From positions 4,379,888 to 4,443,887 of the forward strand of contig NC_092676.1 in assembly GCF_964355755.1 (NCBI RefSeq): a DNA stretch of 64,000 bases. Reading direction: 5' to 3'. Below the pieces are notes generated by a model. That model saw only the letters and a program-made list of their open reading frames with translations. It made no database searches and had not been told where the DNA came from. This DNA comes from Antedon mediterranea. Lineage: Eukaryota > Animalia > Echinodermata. The position numbers and the translations under genes are program-made. This document shows, piece after piece, positions 1 to 13,100 of the stretch (positions within the stretch are counted from its first letter, which is position 1; every line of letters begins with the position of its first letter).

Positions 1-16
1 CAAACTGTATGGCGTT

Positions 17-392
17 TTGATTATTTTACAACTTGTACTTTATTTATTAGAATCGTAAAAGTAAATAACATATTAAAATTGAATAGGCCTATAGCAAATG
101 GTAATTCATGGAAAGAAAACAAAAATCTATATTGTGCCTAGCTTACCTGGATAAATCGAAAATTGCCCATGCCCTTCTAAAAGGAGAGCTATGATATGTA
201 TAGCGTGTTGATTATTTTATTGCTTGTACTTTATTTATTGGAATCGTAAAAGTAAATAACAGATTTAAATTGAATAGACTTATAGCGAAGGGTAATTATT
301 AATTGAAAGAAAAACAACAATCTATATTGTGCCTAGCTTACCAGGATAAACCGAAAATTGCCCATGCCCTTCTCAATGGAGAGCTATGATCC
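17..392 (+). repeat. ~190-bp direct duplication
   Basis: ttgattatttta...cttgtactttatttatt..gaatcgtaaaagtaaataaca...aaattgcccatgcccttct...ggagagctatgat occurs at ~17-195 and ~208-392. Confidence 0.85.
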
Positions 393-709
393 ATGAACAT
401 CCTTCTACAGTGCATTTTCATAATGATCATTGAAGATTTGAACCCAGTACTATAAGGCTGAAAGGCGAACATCTACACCAAGCATTTTGAATGCAAAAAG
501 CAGAAGTACATCTGAGTGTACTGTAATTATTGGATCATACCGCTTTTACAGAGTCATGTGTTCTGTTAAGATCAGGCTAAGTGCTTAGAATATGTCAGGG
601 TTTTCTTCGAATGTTCGCTTTAAAAAAGGGGTTTGAGTAATTCACACTCTTTGTGTATGAACATTACAAACATATAATGGTTTAATGCATCTAGATACAT
701 TTTAAAACT

Positions 710-1040
710 AAAGATGTACCCCCAAAAACATGAAAATTAAAGAATAATTTATTTAGACTTTAAATAAGTTGTTTTGTAGTCTTAATACATTTAATCACTT
801 CTATAGGAAAAAAAAATGTTTTCACCTATAAAATGACAAAATAAATGGTTAAACTTAAATTCAACCAAAAACCCATTGGCTGGCAGCCAATTTGAATATT
901 TTTTGCTTTAAATTGCATTTTTTCAGGTAAATAATTTTTTTTTTATTCCAATTTTTGATCAAAGTGGTTGACTATTATGAGACATCAAAATGGCATATTC
1001 AACCAAACATTTTTTTAAGAATTATTTTTTCAGGATAATA
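710..1040 (-). mobile_element. Degenerate TTAA-type (Kolobok-like) MITE, inverted relative to the copy at 2637-2968
   Basis: Begins aagatgta.ccccaaaaacatg; the interior (aaaaacccattggctgg, gatcaaagtgg, aaaatggcatattc) is the reverse complement of 2637-2968. Confidence 0.65.
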
Positions 1041-1077
1041 TAATAATGTAACGTTTTTATCATTTTTGTTGTTGCAG

Positions 1078-1189
1078 GTAAACTCATCTCAACTTTCGAA
1101 TGGCGTTATTACTGGTTGTTTCATGCTACTTTTTAAAGACTGTATTCGATTGTTTGCTTGTTATAACGATGGCATCATTAATCTTCTAG
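1078..1189 (+). CDS. PICALM: PICALM exon (ANTH domain)
   Basis: ttgcag|GTA...CTAG|gtaag; [37 protein letters not shown]; 112 nt, phase 0-1. Confidence 0.95.
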
Positions 1190-4100
1190 GTAAGACAACC
1201 CGAAAGATGAAAATAACAGAATTTAAATCCTAAGTGTCAACGCATTTTGTCTGTAAAACTTAAGAACATAACTATTATTCCGGTGAAATAGGTTTATTAA
1301 TCTTACCTGGATTGATAAAAGAAAACATTAGTCTGAAATTCGAGAAAGATACTCCTAACAGCCATTTAATAATTTAAACAAAACAAGTAGAATTAACATA
1401 TTTTTACATTTGTTTTGCAGAGAAATTTTTTGAAATGTGTAAAAAAGATTGTAAAGTTGCATTGGACCTATATCAGAAATTTCTCATCAGAATGGACAAA
1501 GTTTCCGAATTTCTAAAAGTAGCAGAGGTAAATAATTTTTTTTGTTTTGAAATTAATTTTTTTTTTCTCCAGAAAAGAAAAATTACAATAAAGAATTCAC
1601 TAAAGATTTAGATATGTTATGCTTTTGGTACAATTATTTACTTTGTGTATTAATGCTCACATTGCATGGTAAATGAAATTCAGTTATAATAATTATTTGG
1701 TAGTTTCTAAGTTGAAAATGGAACATTGACCGTGTTCGTACGGCGATTGAAATACACGTTTATTTGGTTTTTACCCTTGGGGTAAAACCCATACGACGTT
1801 CGTACGAATAAACAAAGTACCGGTAAGCTGACACGAAACCAATTAAGATCGGAATTCTTAGTTCAAAAAGCGCCCTCTGCGTCGACCCATATCAATTGAC
1901 ATGGCGTGTTGACAAATTCAACCGGATATCATGTCGTTTCGCGCGCGAATCGTTCAATTATTTTTCAATCAACAACCAGACCTAGGCTATATAATAATAC
2001 ATCGAATACAATTTACTTTTTAACTAAATAATGATCGAAAATCCTGCTAACGTATGTTGTTTGTTGACGGCTTTTATACTAATGATGGACGATGTATTCC
2101 AACCTAGGCATAGTGGATTCAAATTTGGATGGCAAGACGATGATGATTACCTAGGCCTACTACAAAGGCTGCATACACACGGCCAAGAGCGGCTAGCCAT
2201 GACGCTTGCGGCGTGTAGAGAAGCAATGCTTCAACAAGAAGCCGCTTCACTCCATTGAATATTAACCGTAATTTCACTGTTCAATTAAAATATGTACTGC
2301 TCCAACTAGTAAACACAAACGAAAAATAAAAATAGCGTGGTTACGGCAAAAAAGCCCTGATAAGAAATGGCCTCTGACCCGGTTGTTTACCACAATGAAA
2401 TGACCAATCAGAAAGCTTATTTGAGGTCGCTTGATTAATTATACCCCGAGGCAGCGTGTAATTGGAATGGGATTGAAATGACCAGTAAAGTTGGTGGATT
2501 TTTCGTCCAGATGGTTTTCTAATTTTTTTATAGCCAGAGGCGTAAGTTAATTGCCACGCGCGACCTCACAGTTGGAAGTACACGGTAGTTTCAGCCCCGT
2601 CCGAACGGGCCCATTCTCTAGTTGACCTCACCTTAAAGATGTATTCTAAAAAACTAATTTTTAAAAATGTTTTTGTCGAATATGCCATTTTTATGTCACA
2701 TATTAGTTATCCACTTTGACCAAAAATTGGATCACAAAAAATATTATTTACCGGAGAAAAACTGTAATTTATAGCAAAAAAATTGTGAAATTGGCTACCA
2801 GCCAATGGGTTTTTGGTTTATTTGATCATTTTATGAAGTGAAAACATAATTTTTTTCGTGTTTTTTTTTCCGGAATTGATTCATTTCGTTACAACTACAA
2901 AATGGCCTGTTCAAAATATGATTTTATTAATCTTTATTTTTTTATGTTTTTGGGGGATAAATACATCTTTAAACAATGTTTAATACTTTTAGATTTTTTG
3001 TTTTTTGTAGCAAGTGGGAATAGATAAAGGAGAAATTCCAGACTTAGCAAAAGTAAGTACTTCTCACAGTGTTTATAATTTCAAGTTTGTTTTAAGTGTT
3101 TTGTGCATTTTTGGTCTTCATTCTGTTAAACTGTCATTTAGTGTTTGTCTCATTTTTGGTTGTATTTTTCTTTTAACATTTTCCGTGCTAGAATTATCAC
3201 TAATAAAATGTTAAAACAAAATGTCCAACAAATTTAAATTAAACAAACTAACATTTAACAAAATATTCTGATACTAGCTAGTAAAATTGTAAATTAAACA
3301 ATTGCAAGTGCTTTGTTTACATTCTGCTTTCCTTGTTATTACTCAAAAGTCTTAAATTGTGACCTTTGACCTGTCCAGGGTCCAATTAAATAGCCTTCGG
3401 TTGTGTCAACCAATCATTTACCTTCATTTGTAACCAGTAATAATTAGATACACACTACAGTGATTATAGGAAAATCAATCGTCTTGGGTTCTTTCAGTTA
3501 AATTATATTAAGCCAGTGGAAGAATTTTATGTTTTTCACTATTAATTTCCATATTGCTTAGACTATTTTAGTATAACCTCTAAATAAGGACCATATTTTA
3601 GACTTGTGTTTTTAGAATATACATTTTTTAAAAGTTGTCCTTTTTTAAAAGGGCGTATTTTTTTATTTTTTTTACTATATTTAATGTGGGTGATCCATCC
3701 AGCAATTGCCTCATTAGGGACCCTCAGAGGTTTACAAGACAAACATATACACATAAACAAAGTCTTATTATAAGTCTTTGGGAGTGGAGTTGTAATTTTG
3801 TCCTTAGAAAAAATCCTGACATGTGACAGGACTTGAACCCAAGACTCTAGGAGTGGTAGCCAAGCATCATAACCACCAAGCCACAACTCCACTATTATTT
3901 CTTGCATATTGGACTGTTTATTATCTATAACAATTAGTAAAATACGAACCCATAACATACAAATCTCAAAACAAAAAACCCTACAGTATGTTGCAATGAT
4001 ATGATCACATACATTGATTGTTGTGGCTAGATAGATTTAATATAATGATAATAAATTCACCCCTATTAATTAATGGAATGGTCTAATTTTGAATAGTAAA

Positions 4101-7100
4101 CATTGACTAAATCTGTTTTCCTATATTCCAATTAAAGAGATTAATTATCTATCTACAAGTTAATGTGTTGACATTTTCAATATTATGTTTTAAAATGCAA
4201 ATGCAATGGGAGGCACTTTAGTAAAACCTAATTGCATTAGTGCATGTTATGTGAGGGCGTGTGGCGCAGAGTGTTGGACTACTGATCGTGAGACCGAGGT
4301 TCGAATCCAACTCTCACCGCATTGCTTGTAGGCAAGATACTTTACTTACGTTTGCGTCTCTCCACCCAGGTGTATAAATGGGTACCCGGTTTAGTTAGAT
4401 CAAGATACAACTTCGCACTGATTACTAACTGCATTATGGGAGTATGTTTCCATACGTGTTTGATCCACAAAAAAATGACTGGGGGTAATAATGTTCAGCG
4501 TTTCACAACATTAGGCGCTATATAAATCCAGGATACTATTATTATGTGGTGAAAAAATAATGTTTCACTTCATAAACATGAACTTTAGTCATAGTAGAAT
4601 ATTGTACACCTACTGTTGTACAATACATTGGGGACCATGTCAAAGTTATTCTACTGTAGTTGCTGCAGTAAACCACATCTTGTTTACTTTTTAAACCTTA
4701 TTTTTAGCAAGATTATTTATATTATACACACTGTTTATAGTAGTAACTGACGTTATAAACTTTTACTGTACATTACAACAAAGTACGATCAAATGTTATT
4801 GCAGTACACTCATTTTAGTTGCTGCAGTAACTGCAGTACAATAATTTTGACATGATCCCTTAATCAAATCTTAAAAAATACTAAGGATGTATTAAAAGAT
4901 TTTATTGTTTGCTGGAGCCAAGGTTTAGCTTATACATCAAGATAACCACCTGTCTCTTCTAACAGTTAATTGGTAGATTTAGTTAATTGGTAGATTTAGT
5001 TAATTGGTAGATTTAGTTAATTAAGAAATTTGTATCAAGACACTTTCTTATATGTTTTTGTTTTTTTTTATGGTTGAAATTTATATTTCAATCATACCTG
5101 TAGTAAAGAAGTTGTCAGTGTTTGTTATTGTATTAAATAGATTAATTTACAAAATAAGTCGCAACTAAACTATTATCTGTTATATTTTGTTTAAATTTCA
5201 TTCCAGTTTAGGCAACTTCCCATCAGTTTTGAAAATGTGAGTTTCTCTATTCCTAGCTTGCAATGCTCAAGACTTGACTAATGCATTGGCTGCCTTTATT
5301 ATTATTTATATGTGGTTACTACATGAACCAGGGAAGAGTAAATATTTTATTATCATACTCTTCCCTGCTATAAACTCACTATAGAAATCGGGCATGGAAA
5401 GACTTTTGAGCAAAAACAAGGAATAATGACCATATATGGGCTGTAAAACCTTTTTTTTAATTCTTGAATCCCAGAGAATTTGGCAAAAAAACAAAGTTGC
5501 ATATAATAACTTATTTATAATTTGATTTCTAAGATGTATAGTTCTCGCATACATTTTTTTGCATATTTCAGAAAAAAATATTTATTATAAGCAATTGTGA
5601 AAAATTTGTTTCAAAAACGTTTATTTATTTAGCACAGAAATTAAAATTTGTTTAAATTTTTTTATTTTTCAATCTCCTTATATTTCCAAATATCATTCAC
5701 ATTATTGGATATAATTGTTATTGATGGTCATGCCCTTATTTGGTCAGACCCATATGGTCAAATTAAGTACTTTTTGTAATTATTCCATACTGATTAGTGC
5801 CCTACGGTTTTGATGATTTTTATATTTTGTTGTCAGTAGTTTGCAACAGGAGTTCCCTTGTTTTTGAACAAAACTTTTCAATGTTTTTGTATGGTTGTAC
5901 CAGGTAGAAAGGCATCAAAAATATTTTTCTTGTATAAATTCAGATTTTTTTTATCCATAGGTTAAACTTAAACATTCTTTTCTATGAGAAAGTAAAATTT
6001 TGTAAGAAATTAGAAATGTTTAAAAGGAATTTTTTCCTCCGTCTCCCTTCAAAGATAAATTATAATCTTAAGTTATTTAAATTTGTTTAAAAAAATTGTT
6101 TTAATAGTATTTACTATCAGTATTTGCAATTTTTGAGAGAGATAATTATTGCTGTAGCATTTACTCTTCAGGATCATCTTGGCATGATTACCATTATCAT
6201 CTTTATTGTCATATTTATTACAATCATCATCATCATATTGATTATAATCGTATTGATCATCATCATATTGATCATCATATTGATTACAAATCATCATATT
6301 GCTTACAATCATCATCATATTGATTACAATCATCATATTGATTATAATCATATTGATCATCATCATATTGATTACCATCATATTGTTATTATCATCATAT
6401 TCATCACATTGATCATCATCATATTCATCATCATATTCATCATCATATTCATCATCATCATCATCATATTCATCATCATCATCATATTCATCATCATCAT
6501 ATTCATCATCATCATCATGTTGATTACAATCATCATATTGATCATAATCATATTGATCATAATCATATTGATCATCATCATCATCATATTGATCATCATC
6601 ATCATCATATTGATCATCATCTTGAATCATTATCATCATATCGTTATTATCATATTTTAAATATTAAATCATCATTGATTATTGTCTTCATTAAATAATC
6701 ATATTTGTTATTAACATATTGATGATAATCGTGTTATTATCAGTTATATTGATTATTATCATCTTCATATTGATTATCATCATTATAATTATCATCATGA
6801 TCAATCCTATTATCAATTCAAATCAATACAACCAGCAGTTTTGATTTATCATTTTAGCATACTGTACGTCAACAAATTTAGATTGACGTACAGTACACTA
6901 CAATTAGTAGTAATGTTTCTTTCAGAGAATCAGGTTAACTTAAAAAATCATTCATGCATACTAATTGATGCAATGTAATCAACAAATCAGGTCTATTTAA
7001 TTAGCTTCTTCCCCTATGACGTATTCCATTGATAAAATTTGACCTTTTTCCAATAGGCTCTCAGCTTAGAAAGTGGTTTGCAATGGCTGACCGATCTTCT

Positions 7101-10100
7101 ACAGGTAGAGAATAATTTCTCATACAACTGTAAATGCACCATAGATAATTTATGTTAATAGTTACATGCAATATACTCAATATTTACGGCACAAAATATT
7201 AGTTTTAATAAAGTTTTTTTTTGTTGCGTTGTATCATATTTCCGTTTTTTTTAATACATGCAATTTCTTTGCGTTGTTTTAGTTAAATTAATTTAAATAT
7301 CTTTGGCTTTTAGATTGCTTCTCTATCTGGTACAACCAAAACAAAACTATAATTCAAATCTTTATATTATATAACCTTTTTAACTGGTTGCCATGGTAAA
7401 ATACTACTAATATACCAATTAACATAACTTTTAAAACGGTTTCATAAACTATTTTTAACTAACCCTTTTATTTAATTCGGTAATTATAATTATGTTTTAA
7501 CTTTGTGTTTTACGATTTTTAACCTTTAACCTTTTGTCCTTACCCTCTTAAAAATTAAAATATGATTTGATCAAGTGGAAATTTGAAAAAATGACGGTCA
7601 TTTCAAATGAAAAATACTTTTAAGAAAAATGTTGGGCTGTGTATTTTTTTCATTGTTGTCGTCATTGTTGCCACTAGCATTCATCATGTTTATAATAGTT
7701 CCATTGGTTTGTTTAAATCGGTCATCACCACAAAACATCATCTTTAATCAACAAGAATTAACTTATTTTTCAAAGAATTTCTGAATTATAATTTAGAATA
7801 GTATGCATGCACAATATAATTTCTGATTAACATTTTGAGATTTTATCAAAATGTGATTGTGTGTTTATTGGGATATTTTGGAATTTGTTAATAACATTTC
7901 TTTAATTTTATATGTGCATTTTTCATTTTTGTGAGTGTAAATTGTCTGAAGATTAGTTTAAAGGTCTGTCTACACTATGTGATGTACCCAGATATGATAG
8001 TGATACGACATGATCATGTCCATATATGGGCATGTGACATCATTTCGTTGTCACATACAGTTTGATAGTGTAGACAGAGCTTAAGGAATAATAATAGTAA
8101 AGATTCAGGATTGGGGTTTTTTGTTGGTTTTTTTAGGTAGATGTGGAAAAAACATAAATTAAGTGTGAATAATTAAACCAGATTAATCTGTGTTTTTAAT
8201 ATTGTGTATTTTTTATTAATTTGTTTTTAGAAATCAATTATAAGTCTTTATAAAATTACAAAGGCTCGTCAGATGGGCTCGTCAGATGGGCTCGTCAGAT
8301 GGGTTGCTTTTCATACTAATTAGCAAGTCCGATATCTGCCAGTGCCATTTCAATGTTGTCACATATTCACCAACATGTTAACCAATCATTCTCTAACAAT
8401 ATTTACATTCTTAATTTAAAATATTATTTTATTTTCAGTTTTTTGATATTACAGTAGTTAATATTTATATTATTTTGCATGTATTTAGTTCTATACTTAG
8501 TAATATTACTAATTGCTATATATACAGTAATAGATTGATAATTGATGATAAACCAACCATAACTTCACATATTATAAGTTTAAAAGTTTATTTGTTAAAA
8601 GAAATCAATCCTTTACTTTGACTGGAGGACAAAATCATAAAAAGACAATAACTAGAGGCTATACAGTTGTGTACCTTTTAGCTGTTCATTGAGAACACTT
8701 GCGAAAAAATGTAATTCTCGGGCAGGACTTAACCCACAACTTTAAAATCACTAGCGTTCATACTGTACCTCTAGAATACCACCGAGCTATGGTTGGATTC
8801 AATCCCCAAGAAAGCAGCGGGTACTGCGTTTATGATTATTGTAATAACAATAATATAAATAATAATAATAATAATATAATAATAGTAGTATTTAATTACA
8901 ATAATCATTATATTATAACAAAAGTAAAACTTGTACATTATTATAATTTATTAAGCATTTTTGGATTGTTTGACTTCAATTCATTTTAACTCCGAATACT
9001 AGAACAATCTGTGTGTATTTATAAAATCGTTATACCTCACAATAGTAAATAATGATTCATTACGAAGAAAATCACAATAACATTCAATTTTCAAATTAAA
9101 TTTCAACAAAAATGCTTCAATTGCATTTAAATGAAAAATATTCTAAACACATGATTATGCAGATTTTATAATTATATTCGTAAAAGCTTTTTATATTGCG
9201 GGTAAAAATCTGTGTGTAATTAAAATATTGATTTTCATATTTTGTATTCTTAGGCTCCAAGCAGTCTTCTCGATGCGTTAAAACAACATGTTCAGTCTAT
9301 GGAGTCTAGTAAAAAAACGCAATGGGTAAAGTAAGTAATGTTCTCTATTCTAAGCATACTCTGTAATTAATGATATAAATCAACCATTAGTTTTCAGTAT
9401 TTGTTTTGACAGTATTAATTTAAATGAACAGTAAGCTTTGTAAAACGACATAAATTGGTATGTCATCATTAGCATCCACATGATGCGAATAGCAAACATA
9501 CAGTAAATAAGGTTGTATGCTGGAGGCCAAGCTGATTATGGCACAGGCACAGTTTTGAGGCTCTTAATTGTCTTAAGCTCTGTCTACACTATCAAACTAG
9601 TTTGACAAAAAAAGTGTGATGTGTCCAAATATGGTAATGATATGCTCAAATATGGTGGTGATGTCCTTATATGGGCACATCACATGTTTTTGTCACATAA
9701 AGTTTGATAGTGTAGACAGAGCTTTATAAATTGAAATTGAATAAGGACTAAACATTAGGTTGGGATACAGTGTACAAATCTGGCTCTGCACTTAAAGATG
9801 GAAAGAATAGGAGTACCTCAGTGTTCTGGTTCATTTAAGATCCTGTCATTGTTACAAGATTTTTTTTTTGGAAGAGGGGGGTGGGGGGATGTAGACCCTA
9901 TTTGAATATAGTGACAAGTATGTATAAAGTGTAAATCACCTATTAGAATAACTCACCCTAAGATAAAATGGCACCTTTGTCATAATGCAAAACAGACCTC
10001 CCAGTCTCTCAATAACCGCCAGACAAAATTTTCTCCTGTCTCATTTTAAAGACTACAAACCGATAGTACATACATTTACCTTTACGAGGTTAACTAAAGG

Positions 10101-13100
10101 CAAAACAATTTTTTGGTGATGCCATCAATTATGATTTAGTGTTTTGTATTAAGGGAGCGTGCCCAAATGTTTTTACTCCGTTAAACTTGTTGTAACGCAA
10201 ATTTTACCGTAATATGCAAGCTAATTTAAATAGGGTTGGGCGTGTTCAGTGAGGCATATCAAGCCCTCCCTTTTACTAGCTACTATGCTGTTGTTATCAC
10301 TCCATTGTTTAACGCGTAATTAACGGGAGACCGGACATGCTGTTCAGTGTTGCGTAACGATGATTCCAACGCGTTATTAACAGTCCTTGTTATGGTATGT
10401 TGCGTGAAATCCTATGATGACTCAAAATAACGGGTTATTAGCAGTCCGGTCATTGTTGTTACAACGCGTTGGAACAACGTATATAATTATATTTATTAAA
10501 ATAATCATGTATAATACTATATCCTAGGCCTACCGTAAAATAAAAATATATATAGGCCTAGGCCTACACGGTAAAATAAAAATATATAGGTCTAAGCATA
10601 CTATTTACGATCCGATTCATGGTATTTTTTAGGCTGGTACGTCGGGCGACACGTGTCTAAATTTCTAATAGCCGACTTTCACCTGAAAAAAATACGTATT
10701 TTTTATCCCTGGATGTAACATGATATTGACGCGAATACCGCACTACAGAGAGCTAGGCCATGAACGATTCGTTAAAAGTACACCGCCAGACAATCGCGTA
10801 GCTATTGTTTAGATTACATACTATAAACAATTAATAACAAAGAAAGCCTAGAAAGATAAGCTCCTCCTCTCGTTAAAATTGTTAAATAATTTATTGTTAT
10901 TTGTATATTACATAAAACCTCAGTACTGTGGAATAATGCTACACTCTATATAGGCCTACTGTCATTCAATACTATCGTCCGTTAGCTCGGCGTTTAACGG
11001 ACACAAACACTCAGTAACCTGTGGAATAATGCTATACTCTGTATGCTGTCATTCAATACTATCGTCCGTTAGATCGGCGTTTAACGGACACAAAAACTCA
11101 GTAGATTGTGGAATGATGCTACTCTATTGTAATTCAATACTGTACTATCGTCCGTTAGATCGGCGTTTAACGGACACAAAAACTCAGTAACCTGTGGAAT
11201 GATGCTATACTCTATATGCTGTCATTCAATACTATCGTCCGTTAGCTCGGCGTTTAACGGACACAAAAACTCAGTAAATTGTGGAATGATGCTACTCTAT
11301 TGTAATTCAATACTATCGTCCGCCGTTAGCTCGGCGTTTAACGGACACAAAAACTCAATACAGTATACCATGGAGCTATAAAATTGTATAGCTCCATGAG
11401 TATACTGTGGAATGATGCTATACTCTATATGCTGTCGGCGTTTAACGGACACAAAAACTTAGTAAACTGTAGAATGATACTACACTCTATATAATAGGCC
11501 TACTGTCATTTAATACTATCGTCCGTAAACTCGGCATTTAACGGACTCAAAAACTCAGTAAAACTGTGGAATATGATGCTATATAATACTGTCATTCAAT
11601 ACTATCGTCCGTTAGCTCGGCGTTTAACGGACTCAAAAACCCAGTATACTGGGGAATGATGGTATACTCTATATGCAGCTGTCATTCAACACTATCGTCC
11701 GTAAACTCGGCGTTTAACGGACACAAAAACTCAGTAAATTGTGGAATGATGCTATACTCTATCTGTCATTTATTACTATCGTCCGTTAGCTCGGCGTTTA
11801 ACGGACACAAAAACTCAGTAATATAACCTGTGGAATGATGCTATACTCTATATTATGCTGTCATTTTAATACTATCGTCTGTTGGCTCGGCGTTTAACGG
11901 ACACAAAAACTCAGTAAACTCCGGGAATGATGGGTATTCGAATGATGCATCTATATACTGTCATCTATCGTCCGTTAACTCGGCGTTTAACGGAACAACG
12001 CACTGAATAGTAAATTCGCGCTTGGTTGAGAGCAAGTAGGGGAATTCCCTTTTTTGCGACGCCTCCCTACTGCAAGAAGGCAATGGCACATTGTTTTTAT
12101 ATATTTATTTTATATATGTACTGTTAGTGTTTTGCCTATTACACCATTTAGGCCTAAATAGATACAATAATTGTTAATGTACACAGTTTTTTTTTGTATT
12201 TTGTAATAAACATGACACCCTTGCAGCAGCATCACGGAGGCTGCCAAAAACACCGTGGTGCGTGTGTACATCGCATCGCGGTGATAAAAAACCATGTGCT
12301 TGCTAATAACGTGACGTCATATCGCCCAAAGTTTCATCCTCTGTTTTTGGACACACTCGAGGTCAGCGATAGTTAAAGTAATAATTTATTTACGTAATAC
12401 AATAATTGTTAATGTACACAGTTTTTTTAGTATTTTGTAATAAACATGACACCCTTGCAGCAGCATCACGGAAGCTGGCCAAAAACACTGTGGTGCGTGT
12501 TGTACATCGCTTCGCGGTGATAAAAAACCATGTGCTTGCTAATAACGTGACGTCATATCGCCCAAAGTTTCCTCCTCTGTTTTTGGACACACTTAACTCG
12601 CGCGGCAGCTACAGTCAGTAAATGTTTTAGCTCTAGATAGACGGCGACCGGTTTCTATATTGTTTGGTCCATACCATCGTCCATAAAGGCTATACATGCT
12701 GATACTATCGATACGACAGTCGGGGTTTTATCCGTGTTTACAATTTCGCCATTTTTTTTTTCGGTCAAGTGTACGGGGTAAAAAATAAAGAAGGAATTAA
12801 CGTCAAGCATGCTAAACAAAAAATTAGTATATTATAGGAATGTTCTATAAGTTGAAAATGTTCAACAAAAATTGTGGAATTGTAGATGCTGATAATTTAA
12901 TGTTGGGTAAGGTAGTTTTAACAGCATTTTTTTATTGCCGTCGAAATGACGGTTTACCACAACATCATTTGCAGTTTCAAGGCCCTTTCTACAGCAATTG
13001 CCGTCGATCTTCATATTATTATTAGATATTATTGTATTGAACTCTGTAATGTGTGGTGTGATATTGTCAGTACAGTACAAGGGTCCGTTAAATGAGCGTT

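Noticed and set aside
2031-2258. 75-aa ORF in a GC-richer island (~1728-2612)
   Set aside because: No recognisable domain; probably the interior of an old transposon with only degenerate terminal repeats, too weak to call.
4254-4320. tRNA gene (also ~55946-56030)
   Set aside because: A/B boxes are present but no full cloverleaf, and the sequence continues into SINE body and tail.
6073-6660. Asp-rich, Ile-rich and Met-rich ORFs (also 27584-27869)
   Set aside because: (ATC)n microsatellite translations.
10920-11995. CRISPR-like look (palindromic repeats with variable intervening sequence)
   Set aside because: Intervening segments are homologous to each other rather than unique spacers; eukaryotic intron, no cas genes, and inside a TIR element.
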